64,000 bases of DNA from Candidatus Hodarchaeota archaeon. Lineage in GTDB: Archaea; Asgardarchaeota; Lokiarchaeia; Sigyniarchaeales; SOKP01. Both the position numbers and the translations under genes were made by a program. Under the pieces are notes generated by a model. That model was not told the origin of the DNA and did not search any database. It was given only the letters and a program-made list of their open reading frames with translations. Below are positions 10,843 through 19,905 of the stretch, one piece after another. Where the stretch lies: assembly GCA_048887225.1 (NCBI GenBank), contig JBHLJY010000001.1:288001-352000 (forward strand), in the 5' to 3' direction. Position 1 is the stretch's first letter, and each line of letters begins with the position of its first letter.

Positions 10843-12267
10843 GTGAATTCAATGCGTGTGCTAATAATTTCTGTAAGTCGCGAGATATTGCATGTAATGG
10901 TATCTCCATTGGGTGAAGCATACCTCGCTTCTTACCTTCTCACTCAAGGACATGAGGTGATGATACTTGATTTAACTCTTAGTAATGATTTCAAGAAAGA
11001 TTTTTCAAGGGCAATCAATGATTTTAATCCTCAATTGATCGGAATTTCTATTCGAAATATTGACTCAGCAACATACCCTGGAAATCTATTCTTTTACCTT
11101 CCAGCTAAGATTATTATTCAATATATAAAAGAAATAGTAGAATCTGAAATTCCAATAATTTTAGGTGGTTCAGGCTTTTCTATTTTTTCAGAAGAAATTC
11201 TTAGGGATTTAAACCATGATATTGGTGTCGTCGGTGATGGTGAATATGTTTTTGCTGAAATTTTAAAACGAATTAAAAATGATGATGACCCCCGAAAAAT
11301 TGAAAAAGGAATCTGTTTCTTAGATGGGAATGGCGAATATCATCAAAAACCACCATGGCGCGTTGAAAATCTGGATGATCTACCAATTCCCGCACGAGAC
11401 TTGATGGATAATGATGCATATCTCTTTGATATCATGAATAAAACAGGAACAATCTGGGGAAATGTTCAAACTAAACGTGGTTGCCCCTACAATTGCATCT
11501 ATTGTAGCTACAAATATATTGAAGGATCAATTGTTCGTTATCGATCTCCTGAAAAAGTTGCTGAGGAGCTCGACTTAATAGTAAATAACCTTGGAATTAA
11601 AAATATTTTTATCGCAGATAGTGTCCTCAACTTAAATTACAAACTTTTAGAAGAAACATGCCAAGAAATAATAAAACGCAAAATCGATTTCAATTGGGGG
11701 GCAAATTATGTCCCCCTTAAGGAATTTATTCATTTATTGCCCCTCATGAAGGAAAGCGGTGCTACTCATCTAGCAACTGGCATTGAGTCATTATCAGAGG
11801 AGATGTTGAAAAACATAAAGAAAAATAGAACCCCTGATGATGCTATCCTTACTTCTAAAAAATGTGTTGAGTTGGAAATTGAGCAACTTATGTCTATTAT
11901 TGTTGGAGGTCCGGGGGAATCACTTGAAACAGTTCGAACTTCTCTTAACCGGTTGGAAACTATAGAGAACTTTAGGGGAAATATGTGGCAAGGAGATGCA
12001 GACGTACTTATCTTTATAGGAATGCGGATTTACCCTAATACAGCTCTTCAGCTTATTGCAGAACAGGATGGCGTGATATCGAAAGGAAACAAACTGCTTA
12101 AGCCTAAATTTTATATATCTCCAAAAATCAAAGAAATCGACCTTTTTCAAGTAGTAAGAGAGTATTGTGAAGTTAATACAAGATGGATAGCACCGGGAAT
12201 TGGTCTTAATAATCCAGAAGGATATGCTGAACTAAGCAAAATTCAATTTGATAAATATCAAAAATAA
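10843..12267 (+). CDS. B12-binding radical SAM protein (lipid-biosynthesis type)
   Basis: PLGEAYLA, IGISIRNID, QTKRGCPYNCIYC. Confidence 0.85.
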   Translation: MNSMRVLIISVSREILHVMVSPLGEAYLASYLLTQGHEVMILDLTLSNDFKKDFSRAINDFNPQLIGISIRNIDSATYPGNLFFYLPAKIIIQYIKEIVESEIPIILGGSGFSIFSEEILRDLNHDIGVVGDGEYVFAEILKRIKNDDDPRKIEKGICFLDGNGEYHQKPPWRVENLDDLPIPARDLMDNDAYLFDIMNKTGTIWGNVQTKRGCPYNCIYCSYKYIEGSIVRYRSPEKVAEELDLIVNNLGIKNIFIADSVLNLNYKLLEETCQEIIKRKIDFNWGANYVPLKEFIHLLPLMKESGATHLATGIESLSEEMLKNIKKNRTPDDAILTSKKCVELEIEQLMSIIVGGPGESLETVRTSLNRLETIENFRGNMWQGDADVLIFIGMRIYPNTALQLIAEQDGVISKGNKLLKPKFYISPKIKEIDLFQVVREYCEVNTRWIAPGIGLNNPEGYAELSKIQFDKYQK

Positions 12268-12275
12268 ATTGATTA

Positions 12276-12470
12276 ATGAAATTATCTCAAGCTCAATTTC
12301 AATCAATGGCAAAGAAAGTAATATACTCTCTTGCGGAAGAGATTTCAGAAAAGAGGGATTCAAAAGTTTTTGAGAACCATGATATTATTAAGGCGTTCAT
12401 TGAAGGTACTCCAACACCATTTCAAGCCGATATGAGAGAAGGCCTCAAAAGATATGGACTTTTAAACTGA
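12276..12470 (+). CDS. Small protein duplicating the C-terminal DUF2621-like domain of the U32 protein
   Basis: KLSQAQFQSMA...SLAEE...AFIEGTPTPFQADMREGLK is close to the region at ~10600-10799 in both DNA and protein. Confidence 0.6.
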   Translation: MKLSQAQFQSMAKKVIYSLAEEISEKRDSKVFENHDIIKAFIEGTPTPFQADMREGLKRYGLLN

Positions 12471-12548
12471 TAATTGTGATTTTATATTAATTTTTTTATT
12501 AATTCTTTGGAAATTCAATAAGAAGGAAAAAAATAATTTTTTAAAAGA

Positions 12549-14387
12549 TTAAAAAGCGACGCAAAAATTTCGTTTCCGTATTGCTTTTATAAGGTAATCA
12601 TCTATTTCGGGATTGCCTTTGCTGGATTTTAACTTACGAAGTAATTTTAGAAGATTTCCTCTAAGTGAGAATCTGAAGTTACTCCATTTCATCGAGAATG
12701 GGATTTTTGACAATGATTCGGTCGTATAAGGGATATCGCTATCCTTTAAATTTTTATTCTTTAGGTAAAGATACCGCTTGGCAGGTTCTTCTTTAGGGTA
12801 TCGATTAAACGGATCCCACATGTTTTTCATTTTGAAGTCTTTTGCGAGAGAATCAATCTTCATTGCTATACGTTCTTGGACTGGCGTTGGTTCTCCAATT
12901 AAACTTCTATATTTTTCGTCAATTTTTAGAACTCTTCGTCTCACAACACCATTAGGCGCAAACCTATCCATCGCATATAACATGTTCCATATCACTGATG
13001 CTTGTCGTTTGAAGAATAGCGATTTATGATTTTGCATTATGAGATTATCAGAATCTAAGCAATGTTCATAACCCCGTAGGACAACATCAAGCTTTCTAAG
13101 TATAGAAGGACCCCACGTTTTATACAATAAATCATACCCATACTCTGTAAGATTCAACGTTTCATGAGTTTCTAATGCGACATTTTCTTGTGCCCCGCTC
13201 CAGAAATGTACATCTTCCCAAGGCACATTTTTTACACGTCCACATTGTTTCATTTTATCGTACAATGAAGTGCCAGGGAACGGAGATAATCGGGTTAACT
13301 GTTGAAATGTTGGATAGCACGCCACGAAATAGTTAAGATCCTCGTACATGTTAGAATGATTATGAAAATCCCAACCGCATATCCACGCTCCAACGGAACG
13401 AATTCCTAACGAATGGAGTTTATTAAAAAGTTCTCGTGAATCAGTTTCTTGAATTTTGTTATAACCATGTTCTCCAGCAAATTTAGATTCAACACCGATG
13501 AAAATCGCACCGATTCCAAGTTCAGCTAAAGCATCCCATCCATATTTGTCAGCAAACTTCCAAATATGATCAACTGAACCAAATGCAAACCAATCAAGAG
13601 ATTCCACTACATCTGGATTATTTAGCCAATAATCTCTAGTTTTAATGAGATATTCTGGATGACGGAAGTGATCTTCTTCAATAACAAATACTTGAACTAC
13701 ACCAGGGTAATACTTATGGTATGAATGCATGTGCTCAACCAATTCCTGAGGTGAGAGTAATTGTATTCGTTTGTGACCAAACATTTCAGTTGTAGAGCAA
13801 AAATCGCATCCCCCAGGACATCCTAAGCCCGATACAAGAAAAGCAACGTTCCCCCTAGGATGTTTATCGACAAACCAAGGAGAACCTCCACATTTTGGCA
13901 TGAGTTTTTGTTGAATTGGTCGATTTGTGTCTTCTCCTAGAAATTCGCGTAGAAATCTCACACCTTCACCTTTTACCGCATAGTCTACATATTTCTTCTG
14001 GGTATCCTCATCATATTTTGCTTTAAATGCTTGCGCGCCATATGAACCTAACATTATTGTTGTTTTTGGGGAAGTTTCTCGAACATACTTACACATTTTT
14101 AATACCATGTCTAAGTGGACAGGAAAACAACTGATACCAATGATATCGTAACCCTTATTAACTTCACTGGTAAAATCATTCCACCTAGGATACTCAAGCA
14201 ATGTTGATGGTTTATCAATGTTTTGCGCCAGAATATGATTCCCAAAGCAATGTGTGTGTGAAATTAATGTAAAAATATCGTCACCTTTCGTAAAACGTTG
14301 ACCGGTAGCATCTGTAAGGGAGTCATTCGCAGGTAATGTAGGGTATGGATAACATGGAGTTGTGAGGAGGATTCGTTCTGTATTCAT
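12549..14387 (-). CDS. Cobalamin-dependent radical SAM protein
   Basis: GEG motif, GCPGGCDFC, IFIGVES, PFPGT. Confidence 0.85.
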   Translation of the reverse strand: MNTERILLTTPCYPYPTLPANDSLTDATGQRFTKGDDIFTLISHTHCFGNHILAQNIDKPSTLLEYPRWNDFTSEVNKGYDIIGISCFPVHLDMVLKMCKYVRETSPKTTIMLGSYGAQAFKAKYDEDTQKKYVDYAVKGEGVRFLREFLGEDTNRPIQQKLMPKCGGSPWFVDKHPRGNVAFLVSGLGCPGGCDFCSTTEMFGHKRIQLLSPQELVEHMHSYHKYYPGVVQVFVIEEDHFRHPEYLIKTRDYWLNNPDVVESLDWFAFGSVDHIWKFADKYGWDALAELGIGAIFIGVESKFAGEHGYNKIQETDSRELFNKLHSLGIRSVGAWICGWDFHNHSNMYEDLNYFVACYPTFQQLTRLSPFPGTSLYDKMKQCGRVKNVPWEDVHFWSGAQENVALETHETLNLTEYGYDLLYKTWGPSILRKLDVVLRGYEHCLDSDNLIMQNHKSLFFKRQASVIWNMLYAMDRFAPNGVVRRRVLKIDEKYRSLIGEPTPVQERIAMKIDSLAKDFKMKNMWDPFNRYPKEEPAKRYLYLKNKNLKDSDIPYTTESLSKIPFSMKWSNFRFSLRGNLLKLLRKLKSSKGNPEIDDYLIKAIRKRNFCVAF

Positions 14388-14554
14388 AATTTAGCTTTTT
14401 TTTAATATTAATTTTATTATTTAGATATAATCACAAAAATATTTAAATGTTTACTAGCGCACAACATTGATCCATAAATTTTTTAATGCTCATTCTATAT
14501 TAGATGTAGAAAACTATTATTCTTCATTATAATTAAGTAAAAGTTAATTTCCTT

Positions 14555-15253
14555 ATGGAATCAAATAAGAAAGATAATTATAAGTCAAAAATATTGAAAA
14601 AGTTAGATGATTCTCCATTTGGTTTAACAATAAAGGAAATTTCGGAAAAAACAGGCTTTCATCGCAATACAGTGTCAAAATATGTCAATATTTTAGAAGC
14701 AGAAGATTTGGTAAATAAAAAAGAAATAAGTGCTGCGCGTGTTTTTTTCAGTAAAAAAAGACCATATTTACGGAGGAGTTTAGTAAATTCCTTTATTAAA
14801 GCATTAACATATGCATTGAAAGACAAATTTCCCGATAGAGAACAGGTTTTTAAAGAAGTTGGTTGGAGAATTTTAGATGAATTTCAATTTCCTATTGGAG
14901 ACGCTTACTTTAAGGAATTTGAAAAATATAGAGGAATTTCTGACCCGCAATCTCAATTAAAGCTATTTAAAGAATTTTATAATGCTTTTGATTTTTTTCA
15001 AGAAGATCTTGATATTTCTGTTATAGAACTACAAAAAAATAAGATCGTCTATAGGATCAGAAATTCTGAATATTTAGGAACTTCTGATAAATTCGTTTAT
15101 TTTTATTATATAGCGTGCGGGATAACTGAGGGAATATATTTACAGAATTTAAACAGAAAATTAATATGTAACGTTGAAAATATTAATATATCAAATAATA
15201 AAGAAGAATCTTTTATTGATATATCGTTAGAAATTAAAGAAAAGCAGATATAA
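14555..15253 (+). CDS. Winged-HTH transcriptional regulator with C-terminal V4R-like ligand domain
   Basis: GLTIKEISEKTGFHRNTVSKY HTH; ACGITEG V4R-like segment. Confidence 0.7.
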   Translation: MESNKKDNYKSKILKKLDDSPFGLTIKEISEKTGFHRNTVSKYVNILEAEDLVNKKEISAARVFFSKKRPYLRRSLVNSFIKALTYALKDKFPDREQVFKEVGWRILDEFQFPIGDAYFKEFEKYRGISDPQSQLKLFKEFYNAFDFFQEDLDISVIELQKNKIVYRIRNSEYLGTSDKFVYFYYIACGITEGIYLQNLNRKLICNVENINISNNKEESFIDISLEIKEKQI

Positions 15254-15262
15254 AAAGAAGTA

Positions 15263-16792
15263 CTATACTCTTTCTATTAACATACCACCTAAAATTATAG
15301 GACTCCCCTTTTGAATATAGATTCTTTCTGCTCGTTTCAAATTGGATTGACTATTCGAATAAATTTTAAAAATTATTTCCCCTTCTTTAACCCTAGCTCC
15401 TTGTTTTTTAAATATTTCTACTCCAGATGTTTTTGAATTCGGACACCCAGCAGCTTTAGCTATTTGATTGATAATTGCGTTGTTTACTTCAGTAATATGT
15501 CCTTCCTTGGTGGCGTAAAATTCTTTTCTATACTGACCTAATTTAATATCTTCTGGTAAAATATCAGGATCACCCCCCTGAAGTTCAATAATTTGCCTCA
15601 TTTTTTCGTATGCTTTACCAGAACGTAAAATTTCTTTTGCCATTTTTTGGCCATGACTTTTTTCTGCTTTTCCTCCCATTTCAAGAATTATTCCTGCTAA
15701 AGAGGTTGATTTTTCAATTAAAGAGCTTGGTCCTGCGGTATAATCTCTCAATAGTGTTAATGCTTCTTGTGCCTCAATAGCAGGTCCAATGCTATGCCCT
15801 ATAGGTTGATGAGCTAAAGTCAACGCACACTCAGTCTGAATTCCAACATTCTTAGCTATTTCTTTAAACAGATGTGCAAATTTTTCTCCATCGTTAATCG
15901 TTGGAAATTTAGTTCCTCCTCCAACGGGGATATCTAAAACTATTTTTTTAACACCTAAAGACAATTTTTTTGTCAAGATAGAAGGAATCATTAAACCAAC
16001 TGGATCCATTCTCAAAGGTCGTTGGATTTCAATCATAATATTATCTGCCGGTGCAATATCGAGCGCGCCCCCCCAAACTATGCAAGCTTTAAGGTGAGAC
16101 ACGATTTTTTTTAGTTCTTCCGAATCAAAGGCAACAGGAGCTAATACTTCCATTGAGTCAGCAGTTCCTGAAGGTGAGGTTATAGCTCTGGTTGATGTTT
16201 TAGGAATTATTAATCCTGCAACAGCGACTATTGGTACGATGATAAGTGAGACTTTATTTCCTGGCACTCCACCTGTTGAATGTTTATCATACACCTCAGG
16301 ACCAAAATCAAATAGATTTCCACTTCTAGCTTCTGCTAAGGTTAAAGAAGTCATTTCTTCGTTATCCATACCATTAATCGAAACACCTGTAATAAATGAA
16401 GCCAATTCAATGGGAGATAAATGGCCAGAAACAGAATCAGAGATTATTTTGTTAATTTCTTCACTGCTTAATTTTCCTCCTTTAATTTTCTTTTGAATAA
16501 ATCTAAAAGAGTCTGGAGGTTCTACAGGACTTACTGAAACTTCTATATCATTTTTAATATCTCTAATAGTATCTATGAATATACCAATTTCACCAGGAGC
16601 TACAATTGAATCCGAATAAGCAATCTGTAGAATTGCGACTCGATGTTCACTATTAATAGTTTTAGATTCTGGATGTTTAATGATAATTCGATCTCCTGCT
16701 TTTAAATTGAGTTTTTTAGCATCGTTTGCATTAATCATGACATCCTTAGTTGTGCCGGTTTCAAAATGAATTTTCTTTACCTTGAGCTTGAT
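15263..16792 (-). CDS. deoA: AMP phosphorylase (archaeal thymidine phosphorylase family); probable ATC start
   Basis: DKHSTGGVPGNK, KTSTRAITSPSGTAD; frame extends to (I)KLKVKKI at ATC 16792, directly after a TAA. Confidence 0.88.
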   Translation of the reverse strand: MKLKVKKIHFETGTTKDVMINANDAKKLNLKAGDRIIIKHPESKTINSEHRVAILQIAYSDSIVAPGEIGIFIDTIRDIKNDIEVSVSPVEPPDSFRFIQKKIKGGKLSSEEINKIISDSVSGHLSPIELASFITGVSINGMDNEEMTSLTLAEARSGNLFDFGPEVYDKHSTGGVPGNKVSLIIVPIVAVAGLIIPKTSTRAITSPSGTADSMEVLAPVAFDSEELKKIVSHLKACIVWGGALDIAPADNIMIEIQRPLRMDPVGLMIPSILTKKLSLGVKKIVLDIPVGGGTKFPTINDGEKFAHLFKEIAKNVGIQTECALTLAHQPIGHSIGPAIEAQEALTLLRDYTAGPSSLIEKSTSLAGIILEMGGKAEKSHGQKMAKEILRSGKAYEKMRQIIELQGGDPDILPEDIKLGQYRKEFYATKEGHITEVNNAIINQIAKAAGCPNSKTSGVEIFKKQGARVKEGEIIFKIYSNSQSNLKRAERIYIQKGSPIILGGMLIERV

Positions 16793-16849
16793 TTATCATC
16801 GACCTTTTTATTATGTTTTTAAGAACTAGAGATATAAGAAAAAACTAAC

Positions 16850-18175
16850 TTATAATTTTATTGAAAAAGGGAAAGTTTTTATTTCTTCAATTAAATTTTG
16901 GTCGGGATCTTTAAATTTTATATCCATTGTTATATTGTAGTCTCCTGCTTCAAGAGGTTTAAGGTTAAGCTCCCACTTTATATTATCATTTGAACTAAGA
17001 GAATATACTTGCTTTTTTGTTGTTCCCCTCATTAATTTGAGTTCTTTGGGGAACTCTACATTGATATTAAGTTCGAGTGCGTCACCCTCGCTATTATTTT
17101 CTATTAAAATTTCTAATGGAAAAGTCTTGCCGATTAAGGGAGGTCTTAGATTAATTAAAGTTATTTCTAGTGAAGGCGGAGGAGATATGATTTTTGGCTT
17201 TATAATTTCTTTTTCTTGGAGGAAAAATCTGAATTTATCGTCCAATTCACAATTTAAGGAAATTGGGCCAATAAAGGGTTCTTCAACTTGAAAATAGGGT
17301 TTTATTACAAATTTAAACTCATATCCTTCGCCAATGTTTAAAGTTATTGGTAATTCTGGCTTTTTTTGAGTAGTTATATTTTCAGAAAGTTCCAATCCAA
17401 TGTTTATAATTTTTATTTTTTTAATATTATAATTATAAAACGAATTTTGAGAGATTTCTAATAGAGGTTTTGTATTTACATCTACTTTTAAAGTTATGAG
17501 ATCCTTAGTAGTGTATTGGTCTTTATCAAGGTTCAATTCTGTTTCTAAAGAAATATGCGATTTCGCTATAACCAATACTTCTTTAAGAAGTTTTTCTTCA
17601 GCTTCGCGAAAATCATATTCATTAAAATTATCTACAATTTTATCGATATAATCAATGTTTTTATCCCTTATCGAAACAATTAAATTCTTTACAAGGCTAA
17701 TCATTGGAGACTCCTTAAAAAAATCACTATCTATATATTTTTTTATTTGTTTGATAAGATCGAAGCCTTGATCTTGCTTTCCTTCAACAAATAAACATAA
17801 ATACGATAGCGACGAAAATAGTAGGTAGATATAATCTCTATTTTCGGTTTTCCTTAAATGCGGAACATACTTAAGAGTCTTTTTGAAGAATTTGTTCGCA
17901 TCCGAATGTTCATCAATATATAAAGAACAATCACCAGCATTTCTCAAAGCTCCTATCGCAAGACTGAATTTATTTATATTAATGAAAGAATTCGCAGCAT
18001 TATAATAACAATCTTTTGCTGAACTATACTCATGTTCTTTAAAAAATAGATTTCCCGCAGAATTGAACAATTTCCCTGCTTTTTTATATTGATCAGCGTT
18101 AGAAAAGAACTCTGCCTTACTTAACTGTTTTTCAGCTTCTATAAGATGATCTTTCGGCATATTTCTTTTTATCAA
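16850..18175 (-). CDS. TPR/SNAP-like helical repeat protein with two C-terminal Ig-like domains
   Basis: Repeats AGKLFNSAGNLF / AKDCYYNAANSF / ALRNAGDC; beta-rich C-terminus LEILIENNSEG...LKPLEAGDY. Confidence 0.6.
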   Translation of the reverse strand: MIKRNMPKDHLIEAEKQLSKAEFFSNADQYKKAGKLFNSAGNLFFKEHEYSSAKDCYYNAANSFININKFSLAIGALRNAGDCSLYIDEHSDANKFFKKTLKYVPHLRKTENRDYIYLLFSSLSYLCLFVEGKQDQGFDLIKQIKKYIDSDFFKESPMISLVKNLIVSIRDKNIDYIDKIVDNFNEYDFREAEEKLLKEVLVIAKSHISLETELNLDKDQYTTKDLITLKVDVNTKPLLEISQNSFYNYNIKKIKIINIGLELSENITTQKKPELPITLNIGEGYEFKFVIKPYFQVEEPFIGPISLNCELDDKFRFFLQEKEIIKPKIISPPPSLEITLINLRPPLIGKTFPLEILIENNSEGDALELNINVEFPKELKLMRGTTKKQVYSLSSNDNIKWELNLKPLEAGDYNITMDIKFKDPDQNLIEEIKTFPFSIKL

Positions 18176-18286
18176 AGTAGAAACTAATCTTCAATATTAA
18201 AATTAAGAATTTAGAGAATAATATAAAATCCATTATTTAATATAAAAGTATTTTATAAAACCGTCAAACATATATTAAAAATATGA

Positions 18287-19231
18287 TCAAGAATCCAACA
18301 TATCCTTTAATATTCTTATAAAGGTACTATACTCTCTTTTAATAAAATACAAATCAAAAGGATTATCATCAGTGAGTACAAGTACATAATAAGGAAGTAC
18401 GCTATCTTTTAACGTTATCTGTTTAAATAAAAAATATTTCCCGTATCTTTGAACGAGCATTTGATCGTCACTTCGAACCAATCCATTGATTTGAAAGTTA
18501 TCATTAAATGTTAAGAAGTGAGAAACGGCTCTGCTTAATATATGTTCAATCTCTTCATTTTTATAATAGGTTCCTATTAAAAGCGAACTATCGTCAATAA
18601 TTACTAAACCTTCGCATTTTAATTTTTTGGCAAATTCTTCAACTGTTTTTTGTATTAATTGTGATTTTGGATACATCTCCAACATAATTTCTGACATTGC
18701 TCTCATGATATTTGAGGGATCAAAGATAGAGGTAATAAAAAACCGGATTTTCTTATAATTCACAATATTATTTATTTTCTTGATTAAATCATTTATAAGC
18801 TTTGCAATTTCTTCTTGGCTATTTTTAATTAGAACAGGATCACACTTGTGAAAAAAAACATTGATTGATGGATCGACCTCTAGTTTTTTAAATTGTTCAA
18901 TAACATCGCTTAAATAGCTTATTGATTCTGGAATTCTGAGAGTATTCTGTATATCAATTACATATATTGCTGTTTCTGTGTTGTCAAAATATTTACCTGG
19001 GTTTTTCAAATAAGAAATTCGATATTGTTTTTGTCCACCAAGATCCCATTCTGTTATTTCTCTCCCCAATAACTTAAAAATACGTCTTTGTGCTCCACGA
19101 GTAGGTTCAACTACAGCTATTTTTGAGAATTCCCTCTGCAGTGTTAGAATTATACTTGTTTTCCCAGCAGCATCAAGTCCAGTAAAAAGTACTTTATTGA
19201 TTTCTTTCTTTTCTTCTTGTAAAAATTCCAA
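18287..19231 (-). CDS. Small GTPase, Rag/Arf-like, with C-terminal roadblock/longin-like domain
   Basis: G1 GLDAAGKTS, G2 PT, G3 WDLGGQ, G4 HKCD (Rag-type HKxD); C-terminal ~125 aa GLVIIDDSSLLIG. Confidence 0.85.
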   Translation of the reverse strand: MEFLQEEKKEINKVLFTGLDAAGKTSIILTLQREFSKIAVVEPTRGAQRRIFKLLGREITEWDLGGQKQYRISYLKNPGKYFDNTETAIYVIDIQNTLRIPESISYLSDVIEQFKKLEVDPSINVFFHKCDPVLIKNSQEEIAKLINDLIKKINNIVNYKKIRFFITSIFDPSNIMRAMSEIMLEMYPKSQLIQKTVEEFAKKLKCEGLVIIDDSSLLIGTYYKNEEIEHILSRAVSHFLTFNDNFQINGLVRSDDQMLVQRYGKYFLFKQITLKDSVLPYYVLVLTDDNPFDLYFIKREYSTFIRILKDMLDS

Positions 19232-19382
19232 AAAGAGTTAGCCCCTCTCTAATGCTTTAGATGAATTTTTAAAATATTCTTATATGAAAAAAAGATATCT
19301 TAGTTTTTAAAAATTTTACTAACACATTTAATTAAAAATTTTTGAAATAAATTAAGAATCCGATACCTTTGCTAAAGGTGAG

Positions 19383-19417
19383 TCCTCTTGAGACTAAAAT
19401 TTTCTCACAAGAGTCAT
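19383..19417 (-). promoter_or_regulatory. Eukaryote-like SECIS element in the 3' UTR of mvhD/vhuD
   Basis: Minus strand AUGA-CUCUUG(UG)AGA-AAAUUUUAG-UCUCAAGAG-GA: AUGA/GA core, ~9-bp helix, apical AAA; starts 1 nt after the TAG stop. Confidence 0.88.
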
Positions 19418-19418
19418 T

Positions 19419-19892
19419 CTATTCGGTTTTATTTTTTTTACCTTTTTTAGAATCCTTAATTTCTTTATTTAAAGATAAAGACTCCTTTAAAGGATTGCTG
19501 CCTAAATTTTCAATAATCTCTGAGATTCGGGTAACTTCCATTTGAAATCTTTGACCTTCCGCTGCGGAGCAGTGAAACATTTGAATCCTATCAGGTGATA
19601 ATCCAGCTGTTTTTAAGATGTTTTTTGTGTATTCTACATTTCTTGCAGCTACAAGATTCCCGGTTTCATAATCACATTCACCAGGATATCAACCTGCAAC
19701 CATTACACCATCGGCACCTTTTCCAATTGCTCTCATCATTAAACTTGGTGTCACTCTTCCAGTACAATTAATTCTTATAGGCCTTATTGTAGCAGGGTAT
19801 TGAGCTCGAATTGTACCAGCCATATCTCCTGCTCCATAACCTCATTTCCAGCACATGAATGCTAGAATCTTAATGTCGTTTTTCGTTGTCAT
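19419..19892 (-). CDS. mvhD: Methyl-viologen-reducing hydrogenase delta subunit MvhD/VhuD, selenoprotein (Sec17, Sec68), 157 aa; missing from ORF track
   Basis: MTTKNDIKILAFMCWK-UGA-GYGAGDMAG...NCTGRV...GADGVMVAG-UGA-YPGECDY...CSAAEG; UGAs at 19842-19844 and 19689-19691 occupy conserved Cys positions. Confidence 0.93.
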
Positions 19893-19905
19893 ATCTATCG
19901 CCTCT

